From positions 12,183,337-12,247,336 of the forward strand of contig CM082586.2 in the NCBI GenBank assembly GCA_040954595.2: a stretch of 64,000 nt of DNA. The letters are read 5' to 3'. Of this stretch, positions 63,357 through 64,000 are shown in pieces. The position numbers and the translations under genes were made by a program. The DNA is from Balanoglossus misakiensis. Its lineage: Eukaryota; Animalia; Hemichordata. The notes under the pieces are model-generated. The model was given only the letters and a program-made list of their open reading frames with translations, made no database searches and had not been told where the DNA came from. Position 1 is the first letter of the stretch; each line of letters begins with the position of its first letter.

Positions 63357-63970
63357 GCTAATACCAGTACTTCACTACCGATGGATCTGGACATACCAGT
63401 GCCCTCTACAGCTCAAGTGCATCAAGTTGACTCACCAGCAGCAAGTTGATCCACAACAACAAAAACAACAACAACAACTGAAAAGTGTTGTTTGGCATGG
63501 AGCCTTGGAATGGCAAGAGGTGTGTACAGCTCACATACAAATAACTAATTAAAACAATTGACTGTAGGTCAATGGGGTTATTGTGTTTGGATCATGTTGG
63601 ATAGTGAGCATTTTTCGATAAACGATTTGATTTTTAGGGTGCTTCCAGATGTATCTTTGGAGGGTACACATTACATAAATTATGAGCTTGGCTGAACAAT
63701 GTGTGGTAGTACCCATCAAGGAAGTACACAGATTGGTCTTTCATCCAGAGGCACACAGTGTACATGCAATGCAATAATTTCCCTTTGTATGTCTTAACAA
63801 AGCAACCTTATACGACAGGAGCAGATTTAGATAAAAAATTTCATCTGGGTGATAAACTATATAAGTCCACTGTTACTTGGGATTTGAAACTCAATGATAA
63901 TTTTGTTAGTGACATTCTCATGTTGGATGACCTACAACACTTTGTATTCATTAATTCATTGCATAAGTAG
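63357..63970 (+). pseudogene. Decayed exons: Q-rich/WHGALEWQE exon followed by a peptidase C76-like (herpes-tegument-type deubiquitinase) motif
   Basis: 63699-63794 reads MCGSTHQGSTQIGLSSRGTQCTCNAIISLCMS*; a shifted frame then gives TGADLDKKFHLGDKLYKS...ILMLDDL. This fits the GS.HQG...SRG.QC..N / DLD.IL..GD.LY pattern. Confidence 0.55.
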
Positions 63971-64000
63971 AGGTGAAATATTTAAATAATAACACATGTT

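Noticed and set aside
1-64000. rRNA or tRNA genes
   Set aside because: None recognised by eye; tRNAscan/cmscan were not run.

Overview
AT-rich, intron- and repeat-dense eukaryotic (metazoan, probably marine invertebrate) genomic DNA with no clearly intact host gene. The centrepiece is a ~20.7 kb DNA transposon (12840-33521). It has ~1.5-1.6 kb TIRs ending TAC...GTA and a near-perfect 7-bp target-site duplication. It holds two convergent spliced genes that start just inside each TIR. The first is a - strand HTH + DDE integrase-type transposase (IS3EU-like, one premature stop). The second is a + strand ~13-exon cargo gene encoding a USP-type deubiquitinase fused to a CbbX/SpoVK-family AAA+ ATPase, with a C-terminal cluster of LC8/DYNLL-type TQT motifs. 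Flanking DNA holds a degenerate RTEX-like LINE, a decayed CACTA/EnSpm-related transposase gene, many nested MITEs (Harbinger-, Kolobok-, AcademH-, Crypton- and Helentron-like), ~16 kb of tandem satellites, and a decayed gene with a peptidase-C76-like motif at the right edge. All family assignments come from motif recognition by eye; no searches were run.
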